From a virus (taxonomy: Duplodnaviria > Caudoviricetes), in the IMG/VR virus record IMGVR_UViG_3300020043_004109, positions 1 to 25,115 of that record: 25,115 bases of DNA; one strand, given 5' to 3'. Under the pieces are notes generated by a model that made no database searches, had not been told where the DNA came from, and worked only from the letters and a program-made list of their open reading frames with translations. Positions 8,227 through 15,985 of the stretch are shown here, piece after piece; the stretch's first letter is position 1; each line of letters starts with the position of its first letter. A program made the position numbers and the translations under genes.

Positions 8227-8956
8227 AACTTGGGCATATTACTGGAACTCAGCTCACCGTCCTATCGTAATTGAATACGATTACGAAGATAGAAATATAA
8301 CCGGTTACGCCGACAACGGGGGTAACTTAAGAATCACCGTAGCAACTGCTTATAGTGAAAATTCAAGCCAAGTTCCCGCAGTTGGTGATTTTATGATTAT
8401 CAAAGCCACCGCTTCAGATTATACCGGACGTTGGGAAATTTTAACAGTTCACTCATCTACTGAGTTTACTTTGGACGTTCCTTATACAGGAGGCACTGTA
8501 TCGCTTTATAAAGTATATTTTGAACGCAGACCAGAAATTGAAATTTATAAAGGTTACGACACTGGCGAGGAATACGAAACCGAACTACCTTTGACTTTGG
8601 TAGCTACATTCACACCGAGAAACTCCCCTAACAATGATATAAGCTTAGATTTGTCTGGATGGTTAAGGAATATTTTTTCTCTTACAAACCCTATTTCAAC
8701 ACCCTCGACTGACTTTACCATGTTTAACCGGTTCAGATTAAAGTTTGACGGGGCACTACAGGAGTATTACCATGTTGTAAACTCAGCAATCGAAAGCGAG
8801 GAACTAAATGAAAAATTCGTAGATACTGGCCGGTATTTAGTCAGCGAGCAATACCCTTATGTGATGAGTTGCGGAAACGGCACTTTAACCAAAATAACCG
8901 ATGCCGAAGTGATTAACGCGGTAGGTGATTTATTAACAATAATAACAACACCATGA
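8216..8956 (+). CDS. Virion structural (tail) protein
   Basis: Beta-rich 246-aa protein in the tail module, with a VGDFMII...GRWEILTV.STEFTLD beta-barrel insertion. Confidence 0.55.
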   Translation: MEIKTWAYYWNSAHRPIVIEYDYEDRNITGYADNGGNLRITVATAYSENSSQVPAVGDFMIIKATASDYTGRWEILTVHSSTEFTLDVPYTGGTVSLYKVYFERRPEIEIYKGYDTGEEYETELPLTLVATFTPRNSPNNDISLDLSGWLRNIFSLTNPISTPSTDFTMFNRFRLKFDGALQEYYHVVNSAIESEELNEKFVDTGRYLVSEQYPYVMSCGNGTLTKITDAEVINAVGDLLTIITTP

Positions 8957-9156
8957 TGATAATTGAAAACAAATTTAACATTGGCGAAACTGTTTACTTA
9001 GTAACAGATGAAGACCAAAAGCCAAGAATTGTTACAGGCATAAATGTAACAGCTAACGGATTGAGATACAATCTTGTAAATGGAATTACCGATACCTACC
9101 ATTACGAACTTGAAATGTCATCTGAAAAAAATATACTAACAAAAATAACTGAGTAA
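8953..9156 (+). CDS. Small SH3/KOW-like hypothetical protein
   Basis: KFNIGETVYLVTD...IVTGINV...Y pattern; coupled to both neighbours. Confidence 0.65.
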   Translation: MMIIENKFNIGETVYLVTDEDQKPRIVTGINVTANGLRYNLVNGITDTYHYELEMSSEKNILTKITE

Positions 9157-9824
9157 TGGCATATCCCAAACTACCCGCAATAAAGCGACTTCAAGTAAAG
9201 TCAGGCAGCACTCAGACATTTTATATTTACTACGGTGATAATTCTATTACGATACCTTCACCGCCTACAGGGGTTACGTTTACCGATAATAACCCAAGCG
9301 CGGATTGGTTAAGAATCCAAGTAAACGGTTCAACAGCCAGTGACAGCACGAATGATTTTGTTTTGTTTTCTTTAGTAATTGATGTTGTGGCACTGGCCGA
9401 CAGCGTTACGTCTGTTTCAACTTGCTGCGATACGGAAACGCTTTATATGACTTGGTTTAATCAAATCGGCGGATGGCAGTCGTGGGCTTTTAGGAGAAAA
9501 CGGTCATTTACAATTGAGATAGGTAATAAAGCCGCTCAAACATTTGTATCAGGATTAACGCAAAAATACGCAAGCATGGGGGACGTTTACGAAGGCGAAA
9601 TAGTGAACTTTGATATTACATCCCGTCCACAGATTAATGCCATTAGCACGGCTAAGTATTCAATTCAGGCGTATGTATATAATTCAGAAACTGAAGAATT
9701 TGATATACCTATTTTAATCGATAGAGAGAGTTTCACTAAATATTCAAACGGGCTTAGAGATAAAGTATTCAACTTTAATTTCAAATTCATTTACGCTGAA
9801 AAATTATCAATCCAAACCCAATGA
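9156..9824 (+). CDS. Tail structural protein (distal-tail-like)
   Basis: C....LYMTWFNQIGGWQSWAF motif, which I recognise from Bacteroidota phage tail proteins; precedes the large tail-tip gene. Confidence 0.55.
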   Translation: MAYPKLPAIKRLQVKSGSTQTFYIYYGDNSITIPSPPTGVTFTDNNPSADWLRIQVNGSTASDSTNDFVLFSLVIDVVALADSVTSVSTCCDTETLYMTWFNQIGGWQSWAFRRKRSFTIEIGNKAAQTFVSGLTQKYASMGDVYEGEIVNFDITSRPQINAISTAKYSIQAYVYNSETEEFDIPILIDRESFTKYSNGLRDKVFNFNFKFIYAEKLSIQTQ

Positions 9825-11677
9825 GAATTGTTGTAAATGGCATAGAGTTAAATTGTGATGCAAGGTTTCAAATGAAATACGCAGTTACCGATACGTTAAG
9901 CGCAACCGGTGGTTATTCTACTGAAATTACCCTACCGCCTACAGCGAATAATCTAAGGGCGTTCGGATTGAATGACAACGTAACCAACGAAGATGACATT
10001 TTTAACTTCCAAACAACAACTGCTGACGAAAATGGGGTAGATTTAGGTATAGAAAAATCTGAACTTATATCTATTAATCCTTTTATAATCAGGATTTACG
10101 GGACAAACTCAAACGTTTTTAATCAAATTAAAGGCAAATTAAGCGATTTGGACTGGACGGATTTAGACCATGTATGGAGTTCTACTAATATTATTGCTTC
10201 TCTTGTGTCTTCGTCAGGGTATTGCTACCCTGTTATTAACTACGGGATTTTAGATACAGTTACTAATAATATTCAATGTTCAGAGTGTTACCCTGCTGTT
10301 TTTGTAAGTGATGCTATTGAGAGAATGTTATTTGGCTATACCTTAAATATTGAACTCGGGGATGAATATAACCAGTTGATACTGCCGTATTCAAATGAAC
10401 TCCCAAGAGCAATAACAGACGAAGAAAAATACACTTGCGGTTTTGAGGTTTACTCATCCGGTGAGGCTATACCACTTTCAACAGAAACTGAATTGACTTT
10501 TGCAAATGAAGTGTCAGACATAGGGGGTAATTTCTCAACAAGATACACAGCCCCATTTGACATGTTCGCATCTTTTAAATTTGAAGTGGCCGCAAAAAGC
10601 CATGTAGCATTAACAACGACAGACGTTACATTTGCCTTATACAAGGACAACGGAAGCCCTGTTTTACTTGCTACTGGAACTTATAATTTTCCGGCCACTT
10701 ATACAGATAAGTCAGTATTTCAATTTTCGGATTATTTTGAAATAAACGCAGGTGATGAAATATACATCACTGCAACCGGACTAACTCAAGCTGTTGACAT
10801 TCGAGGCGGTGTTGATGGTAACGGTGATGGATATACAAGGTTCATGTTATTAGACATAAAGGATATTGTAATACTTGGGTTCACTTGGCGCGTAGGATTA
10901 AACCTACCTGACATAACACAAGCGACTTTATTAGAGTATGTTTTAAATTCCTTTGGAGCGATCATACAGGCCAACGAAGCGACTAAAACTATTTACATCA
11001 CTAAATTAGACACAATCCGGAACGCACAAGGCGAGGATTGGACTAATAAAATAGATTTAAGCTCACCGATAAAAAGAACTTTCGACATGGCGGAAGTAGG
11101 TAAAAAGTCAACATTTACTTACTTAGAGGATGACAACGTAACAAAACCAACAGGAACTGATTACACATTTGACGTTAATTCAGACAAAATAGAAGCAGAA
11201 AAAACAATCTATACTGCTCCATTTGCGGCTTGTATGACTGAAAATAAATTTTCATTTGGGCTTCCTGTGGTGAATATAGAAGTTGACGGTGAAAGTGCTT
11301 GTAAGCCGAGAATTTTAATGAACAGGACGAGAAGATTGTCTGAAAATATTAATTACCAAGTTGATTATTCAACAGTTGGAAGCGAGAAAACGGCTTTTGT
11401 CCCTTATTTCTATGACATAACAAAAACTTATGATTTAACATGGAGAAAATTAGCTGCAAACAACCTGACGACTAAAATAGAAATGATACAAAATCCGCGA
11501 GGTATTGAATGTTTAATAAAATTAAACGCTATCGATATTAATCAACTTGAATTTAGAACACCAAAATGGATAGGCACTGTAGGGGAAGAAGTTATCAACG
11601 CTTGGTTTTTTGTTTCAGAGGTTAATTATGACACACACGAAAGTTCTTACGTAAAATTAAAACTACTCAATGGATAA
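9821..11677 (+). CDS. Tail tip / baseplate hub-like protein with inserted C1q/TNF-like domain
   Basis: YSTEITLPPTANNLRAFG, YCYPVINYG, YPAVFV, LPDITQATLL and DWTNKID motifs; central LTFANEVSDIGGNFSTRYTAP. Confidence 0.7.
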   Translation: MRIVVNGIELNCDARFQMKYAVTDTLSATGGYSTEITLPPTANNLRAFGLNDNVTNEDDIFNFQTTTADENGVDLGIEKSELISINPFIIRIYGTNSNVFNQIKGKLSDLDWTDLDHVWSSTNIIASLVSSSGYCYPVINYGILDTVTNNIQCSECYPAVFVSDAIERMLFGYTLNIELGDEYNQLILPYSNELPRAITDEEKYTCGFEVYSSGEAIPLSTETELTFANEVSDIGGNFSTRYTAPFDMFASFKFEVAAKSHVALTTTDVTFALYKDNGSPVLLATGTYNFPATYTDKSVFQFSDYFEINAGDEIYITATGLTQAVDIRGGVDGNGDGYTRFMLLDIKDIVILGFTWRVGLNLPDITQATLLEYVLNSFGAIIQANEATKTIYITKLDTIRNAQGEDWTNKIDLSSPIKRTFDMAEVGKKSTFTYLEDDNVTKPTGTDYTFDVNSDKIEAEKTIYTAPFAACMTENKFSFGLPVVNIEVDGESACKPRILMNRTRRLSENINYQVDYSTVGSEKTAFVPYFYDITKTYDLTWRKLAANNLTTKIEMIQNPRGIECLIKLNAIDINQLEFRTPKWIGTVGEEVINAWFFVSEVNYDTHESSYVKLKLLNG

Positions 11678-13976
11678 TAAGCAAGCGATATTTACTTTAA
11701 AGATTGATAACGGCAATTTTGATGCTGAAATAGTAAAAGCTACCAGACAAATTGAAGCGTTAAAACATGAAAAGGTTTTATACGATGAAAAAAGAAAGTT
11801 AGGGTTAAAGCTAACGGATGAAGAAGTTATAGCTGAAAAGAAAATTCAGGCTCAATTATCCGCGCACCAAGCGCAGTTAAGAAACCTCCAGAAGATAACT
11901 CAACTTCAGACTGAAGCTAATATTGCTCAAAAAGGCAGTGTTGACCAGTTAACCAAACAATACAAATCTGCTGAGTTAGAGTTAAAAAGATTAGGCGGAA
12001 CTGTAGAGAGAGGGGCGGACGGAATACTGAAATTAACCGGCGTAAATAAAGCCAACGAACAATCTACAAATGAGCTATTTCAAACCCTTAAGCAATACGA
12101 TGCCGCTTTAGGTAAGCATAATTTAAACGTTGGTAACTACGGAGGGGTTTTAAGCGGGTTAAAACAGAAAATATCTGAACTTGACCAACTTAGAAGTGTC
12201 GCTACGGACCCTGAGGAGGTAATGAGATTAACTACCGAAATGCGTAAGTTAACACTTCAGTATGACCAATACACCGGTAAAGTAGATGAACTTGGAAACA
12301 GAGTAGCTAAAAACGACATAAAAGACGGGTTCATGGATGCTAACGGGGCTGTAGGTGCTTTGAGTTCGGGGTTATTCCTTGCTACAATGGCAATGGATGA
12401 CAACTCAAAAGCAGGTGAGATACTCCAAAAAGTGATGATTGGGGTCACGGTTGCCCAGACCGCTTTGTCTATAGCGCAATCAAAAGCAGATGTAATGGCA
12501 ACGCTGCTAATCGTTAAAACCAAAGCACTTGCAGCGGCTCAGTGGCTTTACAATAACGCAGTAAGCGCGTTTACTGCGGTAGGGGCTATTGCATTAATAG
12601 CGGCTTTAGTTAAAATTGCAGCTTCTACTAAAACGCAAAATAAAGAAACGCAAATAGCATACGAAATAGAGAAGAAATGGGCTGAATTAAAAGAAGATAA
12701 TATAAAAAAGGAACTTGCTAAACAAGAGCAACTTTTTGAGATATTTTCTAACGCTGAAAAAAAGAGAAATGATATATTATTGCAAGAGTCTTTAGGAAAC
12801 GAGCAGTCAAAAGAAAAAATATCTTTATTGCAAGAAGAAATAAATTCTTATAATGCTGCAATAGGCGCGAATGAAAAAAAGGCAATAGCCAATAAGCAAT
12901 TTGGTGCGTTTGAAAAGGTTTTAAATAAGGATACAATAGATGCCTTAAAAGCGTTAATCTTTGCTCGGCAGTTAGAATTAAACCAATTAAATACAAGAAC
13001 TCAAAAAGCTGTTGAGGTTAAAGATGTAATTGATACCGAAACAGGTGCTTTAAGGGAACAAATCACTACGATAAACTTATTAACAGCGGCCGAGCGTTTA
13101 CGATTAGACCAGCAAATCAAATCGCAGTTTATTGACAATCCGAATGTTCAAAATGCTTTCCAAAAGTTATTAGGTGTTGATGACGCTACCTTTGCTCAAA
13201 TATGGGAACAGGCAGGTGTGCCTATTGCCGCCGCCGAACAAGGTATAGTAGGTGTTGAAAACGCCACAAACAACGTAAACAACGCAGTAAACCAAACTAA
13301 TGAAGATTTAAAAGCATGGGCTGACACCATAGCACAAAACGAACAATCTATTTATCAACTTGGGGCAGTGATGTCAGACGTATTTCAGGGGGCTTTTGCT
13401 TCTGCCGATGACGCGCAAAAGAAATTCTTTAAAAATGCCATTATAGGACTATTAGACTACCTAAAGAAATTCGTAATGGAAAAGAAAATCGAAGCCTTAG
13501 TTACTCAATTAGCGGGTAAAGGTTTTGCGGGTGTTTTAACCGGTGCTGTAATAGTTGGGTTGATAGATGGGGCGTTCGCTGCTGCCAAAGGTCAGTTAAC
13601 CGGTTATATCGATGGCGGTTTAGTTTTACCTGAGCATGGTATTCCTATCCAAAGAAGCAACGGTGATGACCGATTAGCCACAATCAAAACAGGTGAAGTG
13701 ATTATGAACGACACCCACCAACAAAGACTAAAACAAGCGGCGGGGGTGGATATTTTCAGAAAATTAGGAATACCCGGGTTCTCAGGAGGTGGGGTAATGG
13801 ATGGCGGTTTTGCTTTTCGTCAGGCAACATCACGAACAAATGACAGTATAGAACTTAGAGAAATGGTAATGAGTGCAGTAAGAAGTATCCCGCCAAGTGA
13901 ATTATACATCACTGATTTAGAGCGTATGCAACAAAGCAGAAATAAAGCGGTTAAGATAATATCTATTAATAAATAA
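11670..13976 (+). CDS. Tail tape measure protein
   Basis: 768 aa, Ala/Lys/Leu-rich and coiled-coil, with NVGNY, hydrophobic segments and C-terminal GYIDGG...GDDRLATIKTGEVIMN. Confidence 0.85.
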   Translation: MDNKQAIFTLKIDNGNFDAEIVKATRQIEALKHEKVLYDEKRKLGLKLTDEEVIAEKKIQAQLSAHQAQLRNLQKITQLQTEANIAQKGSVDQLTKQYKSAELELKRLGGTVERGADGILKLTGVNKANEQSTNELFQTLKQYDAALGKHNLNVGNYGGVLSGLKQKISELDQLRSVATDPEEVMRLTTEMRKLTLQYDQYTGKVDELGNRVAKNDIKDGFMDANGAVGALSSGLFLATMAMDDNSKAGEILQKVMIGVTVAQTALSIAQSKADVMATLLIVKTKALAAAQWLYNNAVSAFTAVGAIALIAALVKIAASTKTQNKETQIAYEIEKKWAELKEDNIKKELAKQEQLFEIFSNAEKKRNDILLQESLGNEQSKEKISLLQEEINSYNAAIGANEKKAIANKQFGAFEKVLNKDTIDALKALIFARQLELNQLNTRTQKAVEVKDVIDTETGALREQITTINLLTAAERLRLDQQIKSQFIDNPNVQNAFQKLLGVDDATFAQIWEQAGVPIAAAEQGIVGVENATNNVNNAVNQTNEDLKAWADTIAQNEQSIYQLGAVMSDVFQGAFASADDAQKKFFKNAIIGLLDYLKKFVMEKKIEALVTQLAGKGFAGVLTGAVIVGLIDGAFAAAKGQLTGYIDGGLVLPEHGIPIQRSNGDDRLATIKTGEVIMNDTHQQRLKQAAGVDIFRKLGIPGFSGGGVMDGGFAFRQATSRTNDSIELREMVMSAVRSIPPSELYITDLERMQQSRNKAVKIISINK

Positions 13977-13980
13977 TTAT
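13947..13980 (+). repeat. 34-bp direct repeat, copy 1 (3' end of tape measure gene)
   Basis: GCGGTTAAGATAATATCTATTAATAAATAATTAT, identical to 15125-15158; runs into TATATTTG at 13978-13985. Confidence 0.95.
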
Positions 13981-13988
13981 ATTTGCGT

Positions 13989-14324
13989 ATGAGTGCATTT
14001 GAAGATTATTTAATATCACAAGGCTTTCAAAGAATGAAGCGCACAAGTGAAGGCTTTATTCCTGTTGGGGATAACTTTACTTTTAGCACAATGACAAACC
14101 TTTCAGTTTGTTACGTAAAAGATGGATTAGTTATTGTTTACGGTCTGAATGAGCGCGGGCTACCACCTACACTAATAGAACCAAGACCAAAATTCATTAA
14201 AGAAGGTAATGTTTTTAGAAGTTATAGAGACCACGATGCGCATAGATGGTTGGCGAATACACCATTTGACGAAATACTACAAGAAATAAAAAATATCGAT
14301 GCTTCAAATAAAAAATCATATTAA
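13989..14324 (+). CDS. Hypothetical accessory protein
   Basis: ATG 3 nt after TATATTTG; MSAFEDYLISQGF...YGLNERGLPPTLIEPRP. Confidence 0.75.
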   Translation: MSAFEDYLISQGFQRMKRTSEGFIPVGDNFTFSTMTNLSVCYVKDGLVIVYGLNERGLPPTLIEPRPKFIKEGNVFRSYRDHDAHRWLANTPFDEILQEIKNIDASNKKSY

Positions 14325-14344
14325 CCCAAAAAAATAATTTTCCA

Positions 14345-14404
14345 ATGAAAAATAAACTATCCAAATTATTTAGCTATTTGCCTATAATGTATGGCGTTAT
14401 GTTA
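14345..14404 (+). repeat. 60-bp near-identical gene start, copy 1
   Basis: 57/60 identical to 14790-14849. Confidence 0.95.
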
Positions 14405-14743
14405 AATGTAGCTATCGGACTGAAAATAAAGGTTTTAAAGGCGTTTGGTTACATAAGCACAAAAGAGTTTATGTTAATGGTAAACAGGGGCGAGTATGAG
14501 ATGCCGCAAGATGTTATACTTCAGATTAGAAAGCTACCGCGCGAGCAAGTTAATTATAGGGATAAAAATGGTGTTATTAGAATGATGAAAGTAGCGCCTA
14601 ATCAAAAAATGTATAAAGAGGTCATTCAAAGGGCTTCAATATATCGAAAATTGTATTTATTGAATAGTCATCAAGACCGAGAACGTCTAATATATGAAAC
14701 CCATCTACAGTATAACAAAGAGTTAGTTCAAAGTATTTGTTAA
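14345..14743 (+). CDS. Basic hypothetical accessory protein (shared N-terminus, copy 1)
   Basis: Starts MKNKLSKLFSYLPIMYGVML. Confidence 0.75.
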   Translation: MKNKLSKLFSYLPIMYGVMLNVAIGLKIKVLKAFGYISTKEFMLMVNRGEYEMPQDVILQIRKLPREQVNYRDKNGVIRMMKVAPNQKMYKEVIQRASIYRKLYLLNSHQDRERLIYETHLQYNKELVQSIC

Positions 14744-14789
14744 GATTAGCGTTTAAAACCGCCATTTAATTTAAAAAAACGACACCAAA

Positions 14790-14849
14790 ATGAAAAATAA
14801 ACTGTCCAAATTATTTAGCTATTTGCCCATAATGTATAGCGTTATGTTA
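14790..14849 (+). repeat. 60-bp near-identical gene start, copy 2
   Basis: 57/60 identical to 14345-14404. Confidence 0.95.
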
Positions 14850-15089
14850 CGAAGATATCGGAATAGAATTTTAAAATTAATTTTTAGAGGCGGGGTTTCT
14901 GTAGAGGATTACGCAAGGGAAATGGCGGGCAAACTCCCTGATGATGTTTGGCGGCGTTATTTAGAAACAAAAATAGGCATGAACAGGTATTTTAATAAAG
15001 AGGGTAATCTTTGTGGAAGCCCAAAGTTTGACAGAAAAAAGGCTATTGCTGTTTTTCAATCTCACGAACCAAATCTTCGATTTTATTAA
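14790..15089 (+). CDS. Basic hypothetical accessory protein (shared N-terminus, copy 2)
   Basis: Starts MKNKLSKLFSYLPIMYSVML. Confidence 0.75.
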   Translation: MKNKLSKLFSYLPIMYSVMLRRYRNRILKLIFRGGVSVEDYAREMAGKLPDDVWRRYLETKIGMNRYFNKEGNLCGSPKFDRKKAIAVFQSHEPNLRFY

Positions 15090-15124
15090 TGTCGTAGAAA
15101 CTGGCATCACCATTGGTTAAAGTC

Positions 15125-15158
15125 GCGGTTAAGATAATATCTATTAATAAATAATTAT
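15125..15158 (+). repeat. 34-bp direct repeat, copy 2
   Basis: Identical to 13947-13980; followed by TATATTTG at 15159-15166. Confidence 0.95.
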
Positions 15159-15170
15159 TATATTTGTCCA

Positions 15171-15395
15171 ATGAACCCAAAGGCGAAATTTTGGGCTGAT
15201 TTTTTTAACTACCTATTTCGAGTAGTTACTTTTAAAAAAATCATGCCCCAACCCGAAAAAATGAAACGCTTATTATTTTATGTCGTTTCAAAGCCTTTGC
15301 GCATAACTCAACATTATGTTAATGTGTGGCGTGGTTGGTGCGTTAGCGTAGTGTGCATTTATAAAAAATCATGGCTAACACTAATGAATTATTGA
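15171..15395 (+). CDS. Hypothetical protein
   Basis: ATG 4 nt after TATATTTG. The composition is unusual (basic and aromatic), so coding status is uncertain. Confidence 0.45.
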   Translation: MNPKAKFWADFFNYLFRVVTFKKIMPQPEKMKRLLFYVVSKPLRITQHYVNVWRGWCVSVVCIYKKSWLTLMNY

Positions 15396-15541
15396 CTGTA
15401 TCTGAAAGGATTGAAGCCCTACAGAATGAAATTAAAAAAGGAGTATTAGAAATCGCCGAATTGGCAAAATGCGATATTTCTGAAATAGAAATAATAAAAA
15501 ACGAGCAGGGGGATTACGAAGTGTTTACCGCCGTTAATTAG
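15371..15541 (+). CDS. Small acidic hypothetical protein (56 aa)
   Basis: MANTNELLTVSERIEALQNEIKKGVLEIAELAKCD...EVFTAVN, with A-rich start context; not in the ORF track. Confidence 0.65.
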   Translation: MANTNELLTVSERIEALQNEIKKGVLEIAELAKCDISEIEIIKNEQGDYEVFTAVN

Positions 15542-15740
15542 AAATTGCATTAGCAATTTGCCTTAACACCATTGCATTAGCTCTCGGTGTTTTTGCTATT
15601 ATATTGTTACTTTCTTGCTCATACCATATGGTAATCTCCACTGGTTGAACTGACTGTATATTTTTCAAGTTATAGAATGTTTTTAAAAGCCTCTGGCTAA
15701 TCGCATCTTTTTCACCTTTTATTTCGGCTTTCTCCCTTTT
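15534..15740 (-). CDS. Open frame downstream of the RHH-like gene (possible -1 extension, or 44-aa gene from TTG 15668)
   Basis: 68 sense codons KREKAEIKGEKDAISQRLLKTFYNLKNIQ...RQIANAISN fill the gap to the convergent gene. Confidence 0.5.
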   Translation of the reverse strand, partial: KREKAEIKGEKDAISQRLLKTFYNLKNIQSVQPVEITIWYEQESNNIIAKTPRANAMVLRQIANAISN

Positions 15741-15913
15741 TTAAAGTCCTCGCCTTGTTTGGCGGTTACTACTCGTATGCCGTCCCTTAATGCCTCACTC
15801 AAAGTGCAGTCGTTATCTTCCATATACAAATAAAGCTGTATTCTTAATTTTCCCTTTATTTGAATCCTGACAGCCTCCATATTTTGTTCGGGATTGAAAG
15901 GTCTTTTTTTCAT
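15719..15913 (-). CDS. Ribbon-helix-helix-like DNA-binding protein
   Basis: ATG 15913. AVRIQI strand followed by KLRIQLYLYMEDNDCTLSEALRDGIR helices; minus-strand TATATTTG upstream. Confidence 0.6.
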   Translation of the reverse strand: MKKRPFNPEQNMEAVRIQIKGKLRIQLYLYMEDNDCTLSEALRDGIRVVTAKQGEDFKKGRKPK

Positions 15914-15928
15914 TACACAATGTTTAGG

Positions 15929-15957
15929 CAAATATAAACACTTTGAATTTAAAAGTG
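15929..15957 (-). promoter_or_regulatory. Divergent promoter region with inverted repeat
   Basis: Minus-strand TATATTTG at 15936-15929 and CACTTT-N7-AAAGTG at 15939-15957. Confidence 0.5.
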
Positions 15958-15985
15958 ATTTGTTTTGTATATTACTTTTTAACAA

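Noticed and set aside
14345-14849. Diversity-generating retroelement TR/VR pair
   Set aside because: There are only 3 mismatches, one is T/C, and the A changes are not confined to one copy. The repeats are at gene 5' ends, and no reverse transcriptase is in the window.
13947-15158. CRISPR array
   Set aside because: Only two repeat copies, 1178 bp apart, with genes between them; no cas genes.
15914-15985. N-terminal extension of the minus-strand ORF from TTG 15985
   Set aside because: It would cover the divergent promoter region; a promoter element lies just upstream of ATG 15913.
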